Assembly: GCA_964016885.1 (NCBI GenBank)
Contig: OZ024744.1
Location: forward strand, 65,844,001 to 65,908,000
Direction of reading: 5' to 3'
Length of the DNA stretch: 64,000 bases
Source of the DNA: Eledone cirrhosa
Lineage: Eukaryota
The notes under the pieces: model-generated
Told to the model about the DNA's origin: nothing
Seen by the model: only the letters and a program-made list of their open reading frames with translations
Databases searched by the model: none
Translations under genes and position numbers: made by a program
Shown: positions 60,001-64,000 of the stretch, in pieces
Position numbering within the stretch: position 1 is the first letter of the stretch
Layout: each line of letters opens with the position of its first letter

Positions 60001-60480
60001 CGTAAGCTGATATTATTGTGGTAATTATTTTATTTAGGACTAGTCTGAGTTTAATGATTCTTGCATTTACCCTGTACACTGAGATTACTTTATCTACCCA
60101 CTTGTCAGCTAGTAGTATACCTACACCACCCATCCCATCGTCATTTCCCACCCAGAAAAATTTGTAGCACCGACTTTTTTCCTACAAGGACTCTAGCAGA
60201 CTCTCCTCTCCATCTAGTCTCTTGCACACAGCATACATCTATTTCCTTTCGCTCTAGCATCTCTACAATTTCTCCTGCTCTTCCTTTCATTGTGCTTACA
60301 TTGATTGTACCAACTCGGAGTTTTGGGTAATTGTCAACATTCAATGGTAAGGGTCGATTTTTGCTGGGGTGTGCGTGTACTTCCTGTCTCTGAATTGAAG
60401 CTTCACATGGGTGCTTGGTAGCTCGCGGATTCATATTCATTTTCATTTATTAATTCAAGGTTGCTCCATTTATTCTCAGC
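57068..60480 (-). mobile_element. Near full-length RTE-clade LINE-A (APE endonuclease + RT + PHD-like finger), inactivated
   Basis: APE motifs VGTINV, CVQETRW, SAYAPQ, AGDFNGHVG, SQIDFIL, SQHSLVV. RT motifs YRGIKL, FVDLKKAFDRV, GVHQGSVLS. C-terminal GRPKKTW. (ATG)n tail. Split by several frameshifts and stops. 60480-61050 may be 5' UTR. Confidence 0.95.
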
Positions 60481-61928
60481 TCATCCTTACATAATGGTAG
60501 GAAAATTTAGGGCTAGAAGAACAGTAGTGGTGGTAATAATGGCAGGGTGTGTTGGGCTGGGACGGGGGAGGAGAGAGGTAGGTAGTAGTAGAAATGGCAG
60601 GGTCTGATGGGGTTGGTAGTGGGTGAGAGGGGCATACTGAGGTTTGATTGGTCGAATAGGCTATGGTGGTGTGAGGGGGTGGGTGGGAGGGAAATTGTGA
60701 GGTAGGTAGCCAAATCATGGCCTGTAGCATCTCATGGCAAAATAGACGGATAGGAGTAGATGACTTTGAAGAGAAAGCGAACTGATAAATAAAACAACAC
60801 TAATAATAGTGTAAGAGAGAGGAGGAGAGTAGATGACTTCGTAGAGAGGCAGCATGGTAGAGAAAAAGAGGGTAAAAATAAATGTGTTGTGGAAGCTAGT
60901 GAAGTGATAAATACAGCAATAATTGTGTGAGCAGAACATTTGCAATTGGGGAAATAGAGGGATACCTGGAAGATTTGTATGGATAGATGGCTGGAACGTG
61001 GTTAAGCAGCTCGAGTGATTCATTTTAGCCTTTCAGAGTCAAGTGTGTCTTATCTCTTCAAGAACTTCAAGATGAGTGAGGAAGGAATATACATACATAA
61101 CACACATACACACGCATGCACACACACACAGGCATATATATATTTTTATAAGCAACAGTATCTGTTTTTGTAAGTATAGCAGATTTCATATCATAAACCA
61201 CACACACACACACACATGCACACACACATACAGACACATACACACACACAACCACATATATATACATACACATACACACACATTATATATATATATATGT
61301 ATATATATGTATATATACATACATTTATATATATGGTATCTGAACTGAATAAACAGACCCCACCCTCACCCCGGTAATGTGGTGACACCAAGGTTGTTTG
61401 TTGTTGAGATTGAATTTCTATGGGTCAAAAGTCTTCTAGTTTATCTAAAATATCATGAACAACACTGTTAATACTGATGTATGTTGCCACCTAGACAGAT
61501 AGAAACTTATATTAACTAGTTCCGGTGAGCCAGCCAACCAGCAGAGTTAAACGAGTTTAGTTTAACAGAGCTGAGCTGAGCTGTATGTGCCATATGACAC
61601 ATATGGCACAATCCATAGCCTTTTACTTTGAACTTGGGTTTATGTAGTTGTTATTTATTCCGGGGCATTTGGTACAAGCTAAATATTTAATTACTTCCAT
61701 GTCAACCAACCAGAATTCCTAGAATTGCTTTGATTATACAGTATTGAGTTGCTTACACACTTCCTCTCTTCTTTCTCGTATATATAATATATATTTATAG
61801 TTTAATCTTTTAACCCTTTCAAAAATGTATCTCTATTGAGATACACTGTACTTCAATTAATCATTGGAGATAACTCTAGTTTTAGAACTGTTGAGTGATA
61901 GGAAGTTGTGAATTTGTAATTTAGAAAC

Positions 61929-62224
61929 TCAAAATGAAGGGCAGACTGTATGATGCGTGTATACGAACAGCAATGTTACACGGTAGTGAGACCTAGGTGC
62001 TGTCTGTGGAAGACTTGCGTAGATTAGAAAGAAACGAAGCCTGCACGCTCCGATGGATGTGTAATAGTAACATAAGTGAACGGCAAAGCATAAACGAATT
62101 GAGAGAGAGACTGAACATAAGAGGAATCAAATGTTGTGTGCAGGAGAGGAGGTTGCGTTGGTATGGACATGTGATGCATATGAAGGATGACAGCTGCATA
62201 AAAAGGTGCAGAGCACTAGAAGTG
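61929..62224 (+). mobile_element. LINE-A internal fragment
   Basis: KMKGRLYDACIRTAMLHGSET...RRLRWYGHVM...RALEV. Confidence 0.88.
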
Positions 62225-62289
62225 TACAGCACTACCCTCCAGGGTTTATACACCCAACCTCGAATATTTCTCAGTCAAACAATGTTGCT

Positions 62290-62700
62290 TTTTCTTCTTC
62301 TTCTTCTTCTCCCCCCCCCCCTCCTCCTTCTTCTTCTCCCACTTATTCCTGAGAGGGTCGTGGGGGCAGAGTCCTCAAACACTCCTTCCAACCAGTCCTG
62401 TCAGAAGTAACCATCTCCAACTGATCCAGCTGGATCCCCAAGAAAGACTAGCGAAGCCCTGAGTCTCCAGTCAGTTGGTTTCGTCTGTAAAATCTGTCCA
62501 GCAATTCTTTCCTGAGACATTCTAACCACATAGTATCAGAACTTGATCTTTCAATTTGGAGAAGTAGTGGCTCTACCTGGAGTGACTCTCTAATCTCTGA
62601 GCTACACACTCCATCGAGTAACGTTACTCCAAAGACCCTTTGGAGGAATCTCATTTTTGCTGCTTGTATTTGAGATCGCATTCTTTCGGTCATTATCCAA
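62290..62700 (-). mobile_element. RTE LINE-C 3' end with (GAA)n tail
   Basis: MTERMRSQIQAAKMRFLQRVFGVTLLD...IRESLQVEPLLLQIERS. Matches 37040-37465. Confidence 0.82.
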
Positions 62701-63569
62701 GATAATGGAGCTTCTAAATTTCAAATTTTAAAAAAAAAATCAATGGACAATTTGGAGGGATTTACTAAAATTATTAATCATTTCATTATTAATTTAGTAT
62801 TTGTAACACAACAAAAGGTTCTTATATAAAAAAAATATGTTGGATGATATTAATTTACATAGGAACCTTTTAAAACAGGTTCATAGAACTAGAAGTATTT
62901 GGGGGGGGGGGTATGAAAAGGGTTAAAGTATTCACATTCCTCATGTTATCAAACTTTTGTGCCGCATTCCAGCTGTTAATAAATGCATTAGTCTTTTGGG
63001 GCAATAAAATGTAAAAGCAACAGGCATCAAATTCTCCTTACAAGAAGGTTACACGCAAACACAATGGGACAAAAACTCAGCAAGCAAGTGTGTAACAAGT
63101 GCTACAAAGGGCTGAGCTAAAGAGGCATCTTTAAATCATCCAATGCTATATACACAAATAGGATTTTGATGTTGTGACTCACTCACGAAACTATGCAACA
63201 AATACTACAACACACGCTCAAGTAGACAAAAACAAAAAAAAAGAGAGAAAAAAAATGTGGATATTTAATAACATAAACTAGGAGCCATCTCATCAGTTTC
63301 TGTTCAATTTGTAACCAAAATCAAATTTTAAGAGGAATTCCTTGCTCTGTTGCTCATGCAAAGAAAAGGAGACAGTGAATCACGTTTTTGATAACATTCG
63401 ATGACCTTCCTAATAAATCACTGAAAATAGTGGAGAGGGAGGCATCTGTTAGCATGTACATGACCTGGTGGAAAGGTATTCACCAATGTGCCTGACCTGG
63501 GGAGAGGATATTTCTCTTCTCTTCATATGTACAGACACATGCTTCATAAGCTTAGGAATTTCTATGCAC

Positions 63570-64000
<431 letters not shown>

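Overview
Eukaryotic, AT-rich, microsatellite-saturated animal DNA. The SINE and RTE-LINE repertoire looks like an octopod cephalopod (inference). The only host gene I can support is four minus-strand exons (11205-11402, 6277-6435, 3733-3825, 1653-1797) of a kinesin-11/KIF26-like motor domain with clean GT-AG phase continuity. Everything above 11.4 kb appears to be a single intron of more than 52 kb. It is filled with several RTE-clade LINE families (one near full length, 57.1-60.5 kb, with a PHD-like finger), three tRNA-derived SINE families, Penelope-like element (PLE) remnants, hAT, piggyBac and Tc1-mariner MITEs, a Helitron, a degenerate tRNA-Gly and many minisatellites. Most long ORFs in the track are repeat artefacts. 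The most interesting signals are RNA-structural: (1) several families of type-I hammerhead ribozymes in PLE-derived DNA fold-backs, some on both strands; (2) a SINE whose tail is stitched from two different LINEs present in this window; (3) covarying hairpin plus pseudoknot modules in the LINE/SINE 3' ends; (4) a terminator-less tRNA-Gly(CCC) directly upstream of a SINE; (5) a young, GC-rich RTE resembling flatworm elements. Repeat boundaries are approximate and all structures were read by eye.
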